Source of the DNA: an uncultured Lentimicrobiaceae bacterium
Lineage (GTDB): Bacteria; Bacteroidota; Bacteroidia; Bacteroidales; UBA4417
DNA length: 64,000 nt
Direction: 5' to 3'
NCBI GenBank assembly: GCA_964544545.1
Contig: CAZJCG010000019.1
Coordinates: 3,031-67,030 of the forward strand
Part shown: piece after piece, positions 55,747 through 64,000 of the stretch
How positions within the stretch are numbered: the stretch's first letter is position 1
How the letters are laid out: each line of letters begins with the position of its first letter
Made by a program: the position numbers and the translations under genes
The notes under the pieces: generated by a model
Database searches by the model: none
What the model saw: the letters and a program-made list of their open reading frames with translations, nothing else
What the model was told of the DNA's origin: nothing

Positions 55747-58203
55747 TTATCGTACGATCACTTTCTGTGCTCCTGCTCCGGTGACAGCGATCACCCGGAC
55801 AATATATACGCCGGGATGTCCCTGCAAATCGATCTGCAATGGCGATCCGGCGAAAACCTCATCGCTGCCGATCATTCTGCCTGCCATATCATTTACCATC
55901 ACTTTACAGTTGGCTGATTCTGAGGTAACATGGATCACTCCGCCTGTTGCATAAACAGTAAAACCGCTTGCCGAGAGTGATTCCGGTACCGAATATGCAC
56001 CCTTGAAGGTCAGTTTAAAACGGTTGGCATCTTCCCCTTCCGAAGCAGTGAAAGAATAGACCGGATCAGTTGTCAGATCAGTAACGGAACCCGTCAGTTT
56101 ATCAGTAAGAAATATCGTTCCGACAGATGAGATTGTTGATGCTGTGAGTTCAATGCTGAACGAAGAAGAAAGGTTCTTCACAAATCCCATTTCCACCGCA
56201 CGATTGTCGGACAGGTCAGGAAGAGTATTTGTGCTCAAACTTTCCCCGTTCTGCGTGGAATAGAACAAGGGGGCATAGCCAGGCAGGAAACGGGCATCGA
56301 AAGCGGCATCAAAGCCTTCAGTGGCCTGATCGTTTATACGGATAATACTCTGCTGGGCAGTACTGTTCTCTATATCTCTGACCGTAAGCACGATCCGTTC
56401 ATCGGTACTTTTATACCATGGCAGCGCACTATGAACCCTGGCAGTAGCAGGAATCATGAGTGATCCCGCAGGGGAACCAACCACCTGGACCATAAAACCA
56501 TTCATGGCAGGAATGATATCGTCTGAAAAAATGTCGACATACGCTGCGGCGGATTCCTGCCATATCTTGGCGATTGAAGCTACGTTGTTCAGAGCCCAGT
56601 TACCATCATTCCATTTGAGAGCCGACGGATAAGGATTGCCGAGTAAATTCCAGCCGTGATTGGCAGTACTGCCGTTGTTGGTCAGACTGCTTACCGGAAC
56701 ATCGGTTACATTCAGAGTGCCTGCGAACGTCCTGGTACCGGCAACCTGATAGGCTGATAAATATCCTTTACCAACAATGAACTCCGGCTCAAAACCAGAA
56801 GCCCAGCCGGATGAAGTCTGCGAATTGATCCATTCGTTGGCCGGTTCGCCCCAACTGTAGAAATCGATTGCATCATTCGGCGGACTTGTAACGAATTCCG
56901 GTTGAACAGGCTGGGCGTTCACAGGCGAAGAAAGGAAATGCCATCCGTGGCAGCAATCAATCCAGGGTGAGTTGATATACCGCTGTACAGTTGCATTCAC
57001 AACACTGTTGGTTATCAATGAACCTGTGCCGGTTGCATCGCTTTGTATCAGAATACCTCCAACCCCTGCATTATTTACGAGGGAACCGCTAACCGTGAGC
57101 GTTCCGGTCGGACCAACTATAAGGTTTGCCAGAGAAGCTATATTCAACCCAGCAATTACCACATCACTGGAGATGAGCGGGTAATTCGGCATCCCGTTGT
57201 TTACATTAGCTGTGCTTGTGATACCCGGCACTCCGCATGACCAGTTACCAGGATTTTCCCAACTCGTGCTCATGCTGCCAAGCCAATCGGTTGTCAGGCC
57301 CGGGCTCACCATTCCGTTTAAATAGTATGTCGACTGGGGCGAATCGTTCAGTGTGGGAGTTCCCAACGGGCCTGCATATTCACAGGAGCCACCGTCATCA
57401 ATCCAGTTCAGGCCTGTAGCACCTCCAAGGTAGTCGAAATTGAGGGTGCAAAGAGTTTGATTATCAGGATAGGTTACTCCCATCGCAGATGACGAGAATC
57501 CGCCGATAATAATTACTCCTGCCGACGGTGAATTGATAATGAGTCCCGGGTAACCTGATGTATTCACACCTGATACAAAGGATAGCACAGACGGATCGTA
57601 ATTCAATGTGAGGGAGACGGCTCCGATTGTATTGAAATTATTGACCTTCACCGGAACGCTAAGCACCGAACCCGGACAGGCAACCACAGGATCGAAATAG
57701 GTTGTGGGAGCATAGTCCTGGAACTCGACAGAACCTGCAATATAGTAGGATGAAGCCGGAGCATCGTTCAGTGTATTGTAGCTTCCGTCGGTATAAATAC
57801 AGGACATATCATCCGATGACCAGGTCACCGGAGATACACCGTTTGCAACTTTAGAAAATTCAATCAGGAAGGCAACGGAATTATCAGGTATGGTCAATCC
57901 TGGCACCACATACCATCCGAACCGTACCGTACCCGGGACAGGGATATAATAATCCAGTCCGGAAAAGCCTGAGGAGAGCGGAGGGGCTGCAGTTACCGAA
58001 GTCACTGTAGCGATTGAAGGATCATAATACATTTCCAGGTTACAACTCCCGATATTGATAAAATCAGTCACTGTAATAGGCAGCACCAGAGATGTGCCGG
58101 TGGATGACACATTGCCGGCAATAGAAACCGGGGCATTCTGGGCAACCTGGTCCTGCAGGAATGCTGCGAATAAAATCCATAAAATAAGTAGGAGTTTTTT
58201 CAT
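55747..58203 (-). CDS. Surface protein: two cohesin-like modules, a large middle region and a T9SS type A C-terminal sorting domain
   Basis: 818 aa. AQNAPVSIAGN. IGSCNLEMYYDPSIATVTS and IGAVSLTLNYDPSVLSFVS. C-terminus GVYIVRVIAVTGAGAQKVIVR. Confidence 0.8.
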   Translation of the reverse strand: MKKLLLILWILFAAFLQDQVAQNAPVSIAGNVSSTGTSLVLPITVTDFINIGSCNLEMYYDPSIATVTSVTAAPPLSSGFSGLDYYIPVPGTVRFGWYVVPGLTIPDNSVAFLIEFSKVANGVSPVTWSSDDMSCIYTDGSYNTLNDAPASSYYIAGSVEFQDYAPTTYFDPVVACPGSVLSVPVKVNNFNTIGAVSLTLNYDPSVLSFVSGVNTSGYPGLIINSPSAGVIIIGGFSSSAMGVTYPDNQTLCTLNFDYLGGATGLNWIDDGGSCEYAGPLGTPTLNDSPQSTYYLNGMVSPGLTTDWLGSMSTSWENPGNWSCGVPGITSTANVNNGMPNYPLISSDVVIAGLNIASLANLIVGPTGTLTVSGSLVNNAGVGGILIQSDATGTGSLITNSVVNATVQRYINSPWIDCCHGWHFLSSPVNAQPVQPEFVTSPPNDAIDFYSWGEPANEWINSQTSSGWASGFEPEFIVGKGYLSAYQVAGTRTFAGTLNVTDVPVSSLTNNGSTANHGWNLLGNPYPSALKWNDGNWALNNVASIAKIWQESAAAYVDIFSDDIIPAMNGFMVQVVGSPAGSLMIPATARVHSALPWYKSTDERIVLTVRDIENSTAQQSIIRINDQATEGFDAAFDARFLPGYAPLFYSTQNGESLSTNTLPDLSDNRAVEMGFVKNLSSSFSIELTASTISSVGTIFLTDKLTGSVTDLTTDPVYSFTASEGEDANRFKLTFKGAYSVPESLSASGFTVYATGGVIHVTSESANCKVMVNDMAGRMIGSDEVFAGSPLQIDLQGHPGVYIVRVIAVTGAGAQKVIVR

Positions 58204-58257
58204 GGTATAGTCGGATTTTTGGTTTTCATACTATTTACTCTCGCATCGCTTTCTGAA

Positions 58258-59979
58258 TCATGGATTATGGAACAGTAAACGTGTATCCGTGATTGATATA
58301 TTTCCCGATGTAAATTCCAGCTTCAGCAGGTACATTCCAGCGGCGAGGAAAGAAACATCCCAGTCAAACACCTGTGTGTCTGAAGCTTTGAATATTCGGG
58401 AGCAGGATTTCATTTCCGTTCCGGCAGAACTGAAGAGTTGCATCGTGAGCCTGCCCGGAACTGAAAAATGGCATGACAGAAACAGGTGATCAACAAAAGG
58501 ATTCGGGAAGGCCGTACACTCAAATATCCTGGTTCCCGTCATTTCTGAAATTCCAACCGTTTCAGAAACATTCAGGACAGCCGTACCATCTGACACAGCT
58601 TCAGGCAAGCATTCCCCCGATACCCTGCAGCGGTATCTGTATCCATCCATTTCCAACGGCGGATCTGAAATCCGGAGGCTGTCGGTTGTCACACCGCTAT
58701 AAAAAGAGCCATCAGTCAGGTCGTTCCATGATGAATCATACTCCTGCCAATGGTAAGTCAATCCTGTTCCGGAAGCAGCAAGCGTAAAAACGGCTAAGCC
58801 GTTACCTGCAACGATCTCCGGAGTGGATACCGGCTCTGTCAGGATCACAGGCGGTTCGTTCACTACGACATTCAACGGTGGGGCTGCCGCACCGTTCCCG
58901 CATTCATTGAAGGCATATACCATCACCTCGCCACTGGAAGCCTGACTTCCGAATTTAACGGTAATCGCGTTGGTATTAAATCCTGAAACGAGAGTAGCTC
59001 CCGCGGGCACAGTCCAGGTATAGCCGGTTGCATTTGTAACCGGAACGACGGAATATGCATGCGTTTCATCACCCCGGCATACTGCCTGAGGCCCGGAAAT
59101 CGCACCCGCATTACCCGGCACAGAGCCCACTGTTACCTGGGTAAATGATGAATCACCCGTACCACAACCATTTGATCCCGAAACGGCAACCATGCCGGAA
59201 ACCGCATCATTGTTAAAATCAACGGTAATAATGTTGGTATTGGTTCCAGAAACGATTTCAGCCCCGTCGGGAATCATCCAGTTATAAACAGTAGCATTCG
59301 TTATTGGGTCAACCGAGAAAATTACCCCGGTCTGCCCCTTGCATACAGAACCTCCGGCAGGCCCGGCAATATAGCCCGGAGAGGCCGGATCCTCCAGTAT
59401 TGTTATTGATCCATCGGTATAGAATGAGGATTGGGGAGTATCGTTCAGACCGGGATAATAAGGAGGCGGTCCGGAGTATTCGCAGGATGAGCCGTCGTCA
59501 AACCATTCCAGACCGGAAAAATTCCCTATGATGTTAAAATTCAGGATAAAAAGCACTGAACTGTCGGGTAGAGAATATCCCTGTGTTCCTCCTGACAGAT
59601 ATCCGCCGGCAATGATGGTGCCGGGCGACGGACAATTCACAATGAGTCCCGGAAATCCTGAGGCATTGTTCCAGGATTGATAATCCAATGTGAGCGAATC
59701 GTAATGTAAGGTGAGTGAAAGAGCCCCGATGTTCGAAAAAGAGGATACCTTAACTGGAACTGAAACCGCAGCGGTTCCATTACAGTAGACTAGATCAGGC
59801 AGCAAGGTTACCGGAGCATTGATCACTGCTGATGTTGAAGCACAGACTTCACTACTCGCGGGACAAATAATACTTTTATTCCCGGCAACAGCATTCAGCT
59901 CCCTGGCCGAACTGTTTCCGGTCAACAGACACAGGCACCAAAATCCTGCAATAAAACGGCTGGTTAATCCCTTTTTCAT
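58258..59979 (-). CDS. Surface protein: one cohesin-like module, two PKD-like repeats, an Ig-like domain and a T9SS type A CTD
   Basis: 573 aa. IGALSLTLHYDSLTLDYQS. Repeats CKGQTGVIFSV...YNWMIPDGAEIV...CG and CRGDETHAYSV...YTWTVPAGATLV...CG. LTYHWQEYD. FPNPF...GMYLLKLEF. Confidence 0.8.
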   Translation of the reverse strand: MKKGLTSRFIAGFWCLCLLTGNSSARELNAVAGNKSIICPASSEVCASTSAVINAPVTLLPDLVYCNGTAAVSVPVKVSSFSNIGALSLTLHYDSLTLDYQSWNNASGFPGLIVNCPSPGTIIAGGYLSGGTQGYSLPDSSVLFILNFNIIGNFSGLEWFDDGSSCEYSGPPPYYPGLNDTPQSSFYTDGSITILEDPASPGYIAGPAGGSVCKGQTGVIFSVDPITNATVYNWMIPDGAEIVSGTNTNIITVDFNNDAVSGMVAVSGSNGCGTGDSSFTQVTVGSVPGNAGAISGPQAVCRGDETHAYSVVPVTNATGYTWTVPAGATLVSGFNTNAITVKFGSQASSGEVMVYAFNECGNGAAAPPLNVVVNEPPVILTEPVSTPEIVAGNGLAVFTLAASGTGLTYHWQEYDSSWNDLTDGSFYSGVTTDSLRISDPPLEMDGYRYRCRVSGECLPEAVSDGTAVLNVSETVGISEMTGTRIFECTAFPNPFVDHLFLSCHFSVPGRLTMQLFSSAGTEMKSCSRIFKASDTQVFDWDVSFLAAGMYLLKLEFTSGNISITDTRLLFHNP

Positions 59980-60594
59980 CTGATTGAGAGTAACCTGAAC
60001 CTACATCCGCTACTTACGAATGGCTTTCCTGATTGTATGAGTCAGATCGATAAGAAAAGAAGTAATACGAGTTAGTATAGTGGATCAAGGAATAGCTTAA
60101 CAGATACAAGTACTGAATAAATGTTTTGATTTCTATTGTTTTGTTAGTATTTTAATTTTTCAGTGTCAGACAATTCATAGCTAATTATCACGCATACTGC
60201 TAATTAACAATCGCTATTCAGTACATTGATCCTACCACAAATACGGAATGCACTCCGGTTGGTTCATCAATCAATTCTCCTCAAGTAAAAATCAAGTAAC
60301 TGATTAACAAGCATCTTAGAAGTTTATTCTCCACAGTATCCAACCCGATGCGCCAAAGCACTATTCAGGCCGGAATAGGGTAATCAGTTAACTTCAATAC
60401 CTGTGCCATGTTTGCTAACGCGTTATTCCATGCATCGTTACAGATGTAAAGACATAAAGAATCTCTACATTTTTTACCAGATTTGGACAATTTTTCCGCC
60501 GCAGGTTACAAAGCCGACTTATTTATTCAAATTCGCTTGCTTTCCTTTGGTCTATCTATATCTTTGTTTTTACTTGATTTGAATCAGGCCCGGC

Positions 60595-63216
60595 TCACTT
60601 TTTCACTATTCTCAGTGACCGGGAAACAGGTCCATCTGCCAGACTCATCTGCAACATCACCAGATAGAAGCCAGGCTTCAGAGCAGATACATCTGCCTGA
60701 CAGGTACGTTCACCGGCAGATGAGTTTTCATGGAGAAGGGTCATGATGGCAGAGCCGGTGATATCCAATATCTTCAGAGAGACTAAACCTTCATCAGGCA
60801 TGTTATAGGAAAGTGTAAGGGATTCGGTGAAAGGATTGGGATAGCCTGACAAATACGGGATTGTGCCTCTGTCGGGATTTCCTGCGCCTGCAGTTGCTCC
60901 CTCCACGGCATCAACAGAAATGATTGTCTCGGGTATCCCGTTGAAATCAGGGCCTGTCAGTTCAGACCTTTGATCACTGATCAACCGGAATCCAACAACT
61001 TCATCGGGATTCAGAGAAGAGATCAGGCTTGCATGGATCGTCAGCAGCCGGTCTCCCCGATTCAAAGCCAGGGGCAATGCCGAATACCAGCCTATACGAA
61101 GCTCATTTCCATAAACGGCATACGGAACCGTGACTGTTTCATCGTCACCGAGAGTAACATCCCGGATCATTATTTTTTCAGCCGGGAAGCCCAGTATCAA
61201 CGAAACCGCGGATATTTCAAGGTTTTCTTTTACCCGGACATCAATGTTCATGTCATCGCCGTTCTGATGATGCAACCGTTCTCCAGGTTCCAGAATTATT
61301 GAACTTTCCGTTGATTTGGTACCAGCCGGATTATAACTCCGGTTGAAGTCACCGGTTACCAAAGCATAATAATCCTGTACCATGGAACTGACACCCGCCG
61401 GAACGGAAAGATGAACTGACCTGTCGGGCCAGGGTGAAGGGTTTTGTGATGAAACCAACTCGCCTGCGTTCCAGAATGTCCAGGCCGGGATAAACGCCGG
61501 ATTACCTGCTGTAAGGAAGTAATTCAGTAATCGGCCGGCATCAGCAGCCAACAATTGGTTGTCGGTAATAACGTCACCGGCATAGAAACGGACTTTCTCA
61601 ATTGAATACTGAGGGCCCACGCCCCACATATTAACCTGAGCTGCATCGGTGGCATTGATCCCGCCGACAGCTTTATCCGCTATGAATTCAACATCGTAAT
61701 CGCCTGCGCATAAAGAGGTAAATGAATAGTTGCCGTCTGAATCCGTTGCCGTCGTATGAACAACAGCGCCATCCTGAGTGAGATTGATGGTAACACTGCT
61801 CATGGCAGTGCCTGCGTCATTGTAATAGGAAAGCTTTCCTGAGAGCATTGAATGTTGCACAGGAGTTATGTTTGTCATCGTCCCTTCCGAAATGCATCCA
61901 TCGGCATTCATTGCTGTAACGTCGTAGTTTCCCGGGATCAGGTCAACGAAGATGCCATTGGTGTTCAGGTAGGTTGTACCGTCAATGCTGTATGTCATGC
62001 CGCTACCCGTAGGAGCCGTGACCGTGATCGTGCCGGTGGGCACAGTGCAGGAAGGTTGAATTACGTTAACTGTCGGAGCTTCCGGAGCTGGTGGCTGCGG
62101 GCTGATTATCGCAACCGTTCCGCCGGAAATGCAGCCTTCTGAATTCTTTGCGGTGACGTTATAGGTCCCGGGTGTAACTTCGCTGAAATGTCCGTTTGTG
62201 TTGGTATAGGTTGTTCCGTCGATGCTGTAGCTCATGCCCGAACCGGTGGGTGTTGTTACAGTGATCGTTCCGGTGGCTGCCGTGCAGCCAGGCTGGGTTA
62301 AAGAGAGTGAAGGGGCAGAAGGAGCCGAACTGCTAACCTGTCCGTTGAGATAATAAACTTCAGCCGGCACATCATTCAGGGTGTTCCCCGCTGCATCAAG
62401 GTAGCGGCAGGAAATGCCGTTATCGTACCAGTTGAGCGGACTGACACCTCCCAGGTAACTAAAGTTTAGGGAGAATAAGGTGGAATTATCCGGATAGGTG
62501 ATCCCTGATGCAGATGATCCATTTAAGGTGATGGTTCCGGCCGATGGAGAACTGATCGTCAGTCCGGGAAATCCCGAATTATTGATCCCTGATAAAAAGG
62601 TCAGCACGGCGGGATCGTAATTCATCGTAAGATTAACCGTACCAATTGAATTGAAAGAGTTGACGGTGACAGGTATGGTCATCGTTGATCCAGGGCAGGC
62701 TTCCATCGAGTGGGCAATGGTAATAGGCGCATTTGATCCGAATTGAACGGACCCCGGAATGTAATAATCTGATTGCGGAGAATCATTCAGCACAAAGTAG
62801 TTGCCATCGTAGAACAGATTTGAACCGTCATCGGTATCCCATGTAACAGGTGAAACGCCGCTCGTCACTTTGGTGCACTGGATATAGAATACAATCGAAT
62901 TGTCAGGTACACTCATTCCGGGATAGGTGTACCATCCAAAGTTAAAGACTCCCGGAGTGGTGACATTGTAATTCAGGTACGTACCGGCAAGTACAGAACC
63001 CGTTGTTACCGCAGTCACCGTCATTACTGCCGGATCATAATGCAGCTTCATATTGCACCCCACGATGTTGGTGAAATTCGTCACCGTGACCGGGAGGCTG
63101 GCTGTGGCAGCAGTTGTGACCATGTTTGCGACGGTGGAAACCGGAGCGTTCTGAGCAAACAGGTTTAGACTGGTTGAAAGAAGAAATACAGAAAGTAAAA
63201 GATATCTGTTTTTCAT
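60595..63216 (-). CDS. Surface protein: two N-terminal cohesin-like modules, two Ig-like tandem repeats, a degenerate dockerin-like segment, a third cohesin-like module and a T9SS type A CTD
   Basis: 873 aa. AQNAPVSTVAN. VGCNMKLHYDPAVMTVTA and IGTVNLTMNYDPAVLTFLS. A tandem ~80-aa repeat (GTITVTTPTGSGMSYSIDGTTYTNTNG / GTITVTAPTGSGMTYSIDGTTYLNTNG). ISAVSLILGFPAEKIMIRD. YPNPF...GFYLVMLQM. Confidence 0.8.
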   Translation of the reverse strand: MKNRYLLLSVFLLSTSLNLFAQNAPVSTVANMVTTAATASLPVTVTNFTNIVGCNMKLHYDPAVMTVTAVTTGSVLAGTYLNYNVTTPGVFNFGWYTYPGMSVPDNSIVFYIQCTKVTSGVSPVTWDTDDGSNLFYDGNYFVLNDSPQSDYYIPGSVQFGSNAPITIAHSMEACPGSTMTIPVTVNSFNSIGTVNLTMNYDPAVLTFLSGINNSGFPGLTISSPSAGTITLNGSSASGITYPDNSTLFSLNFSYLGGVSPLNWYDNGISCRYLDAAGNTLNDVPAEVYYLNGQVSSSAPSAPSLSLTQPGCTAATGTITVTTPTGSGMSYSIDGTTYTNTNGHFSEVTPGTYNVTAKNSEGCISGGTVAIISPQPPAPEAPTVNVIQPSCTVPTGTITVTAPTGSGMTYSIDGTTYLNTNGIFVDLIPGNYDVTAMNADGCISEGTMTNITPVQHSMLSGKLSYYNDAGTAMSSVTINLTQDGAVVHTTATDSDGNYSFTSLCAGDYDVEFIADKAVGGINATDAAQVNMWGVGPQYSIEKVRFYAGDVITDNQLLAADAGRLLNYFLTAGNPAFIPAWTFWNAGELVSSQNPSPWPDRSVHLSVPAGVSSMVQDYYALVTGDFNRSYNPAGTKSTESSIILEPGERLHHQNGDDMNIDVRVKENLEISAVSLILGFPAEKIMIRDVTLGDDETVTVPYAVYGNELRIGWYSALPLALNRGDRLLTIHASLISSLNPDEVVGFRLISDQRSELTGPDFNGIPETIISVDAVEGATAGAGNPDRGTIPYLSGYPNPFTESLTLSYNMPDEGLVSLKILDITGSAIMTLLHENSSAGERTCQADVSALKPGFYLVMLQMSLADGPVSRSLRIVKK

Positions 63217-63644
63217 GATTCCGGATGATTGGGATTGTTCAGTTTATTAAATTGAACCGATGACTGCTGAGTTCGATCCTTTGGAGCAAGGCAGGCTTTA
63301 ACCGTGAGATTGGAAAGAATAAAACGTACTGCCATTTATTGCTCAGAACGCAGCAGGCAGCTAGGATCATGATGAGCACATTATTCTTTGTACATTCCTC
63401 TCTACATTCAATAACGCAGTAAAAGACAGCCGAAAGTTGAAGGCTTTAATGGCTTTATTTATCAGCATGTCTGAGAAGTATAAGGAACTACTTTCACTTC
63501 CTGTTGCCAGCCATCTTATCCTTGATCGGACAGATTCAACTGTTAAGCCAGACTCCCCGAATTACTTACTTAAACAGTCATGAGAGCTGCGTCGGTTTTC
63601 TTCCTGGCATCAAGCCGTTTCGGTTTCCTTTGCCGGATAATAAT

Positions 63645-63680
63645 AAACGGGAGCGGGAGGAAAACCTCCCGCTCCCGTTT
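63645..63680 (-). terminator. Rho-independent terminator
   Basis: Perfect 16-bp stem AAACGGGAGCGGGAGG-AAAA-CCTCCCGCTCCCGTTT, 6 nt downstream of the stop at 63687 on the minus strand. Confidence 0.7.
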
Positions 63681-63686
63681 GGATCA

Positions 63687-64000
63687 TCAGTGATTTCTGA
63701 TGATCTTGATGGTCCGTTCATAGATTGCCCCTGAGGCATTCAGCCGCATGGTGGCCAGATAAACTCCCGGAGTCAATGCATCCGTATCGATTGTCAACGT
63801 ATGCTTTCCGGAAGTCTGGTCTTCATTGAGTAAGTTCATTACTCTTGCTCCCAGCATATTGCTAACTTCCAGCGTTACCTTGCCGGTAAGTGGCAGGTCG
63901 TAAGTGAAGGTTGTAGTATGCTTGAAGGGGTTAGGCTGATTGGCCAGGGTCAATGTATTTCCGGCAATCACTTCCTGCGTACCGACTGCGCTGCTGCTCA
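63687..64000 (-). CDS. C-terminal part of a T9SS-sorted protein (5' end outside the window)
   Basis: The reading frame stays open to the window edge. The last ~85 aa form a type A sorting domain (QPNPFKHTTTFTY...GVYLATMRL...IKIIRNH). Confidence 0.7.
   Translation of the reverse strand, partial: SSSAVGTQEVIAGNTLTLANQPNPFKHTTTFTYDLPLTGKVTLEVSNMLGARVMNLLNEDQTSGKHTLTIDTDALTPGVYLATMRLNASGAIYERTIKIIRNH

Noticed and set aside
60483-60746. 87-aa ORF at the 3' end of the 873-aa gene, and the 76-aa ORF at 63504..63734
   Set aside because: They overlap the strongly supported T9SS C-terminal domains or the terminator on the opposite strand, and the rest lies in AT-rich spacer. They are likely spurious.

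Overview
The window looks like a Bacteroidota chromosome segment. Supporting signs are T9SS C-terminal sorting domains, the DUF5683 and PUR/DUF3276 families, a LepB with a long N-terminal extension, and TAnnTTTG -7 boxes. About half is housekeeping: nusB, parAB, dapB, lepB, ftsK, lolA-like, clpB, a DEAD-box helicase, ppa, ribF, thyA and folA. Two regions stand out.

(1) Positions 33.5-49.6 kb hold an [FeFe]-hydrogenase locus. A bifurcating-type hydCBA operon runs without a break into a sensory-type hydrogenase fused to a histidine kinase. It continues through two receiver proteins with no DNA-binding output, then rex, ribF and an MBL hydrolase. A divergent operon encodes a 2Fe-2S ferredoxin, a second sensory hydrogenase with a PAS domain, and a PP2C/SpoIIE phosphatase. 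hydG sits nearby with two tandem TM1266-like ACT proteins. No hydE or hydF is present in the window.

(2) Positions 53.9-64 kb hold at least five same-strand genes for secreted proteins built from paralogous cohesin-like modules. Four carry T9SS type A C-terminal domains and one carries a dockerin instead. I recognised no enzyme domain in any of them.

Other notable items:
- An intact IS4-family element with a 13-bp target duplication.
- A mosaic intergenic repeat family at three loci, one of which splits thyA from folA.
- A ~150-bp structured MITE-like repeat present twice, one copy inside the hydrogenase control region.
- A WYL-regulator plus HIRAN two-gene module.

All calls rest on reading the ORF translations and the DNA by eye. 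No searches were run.
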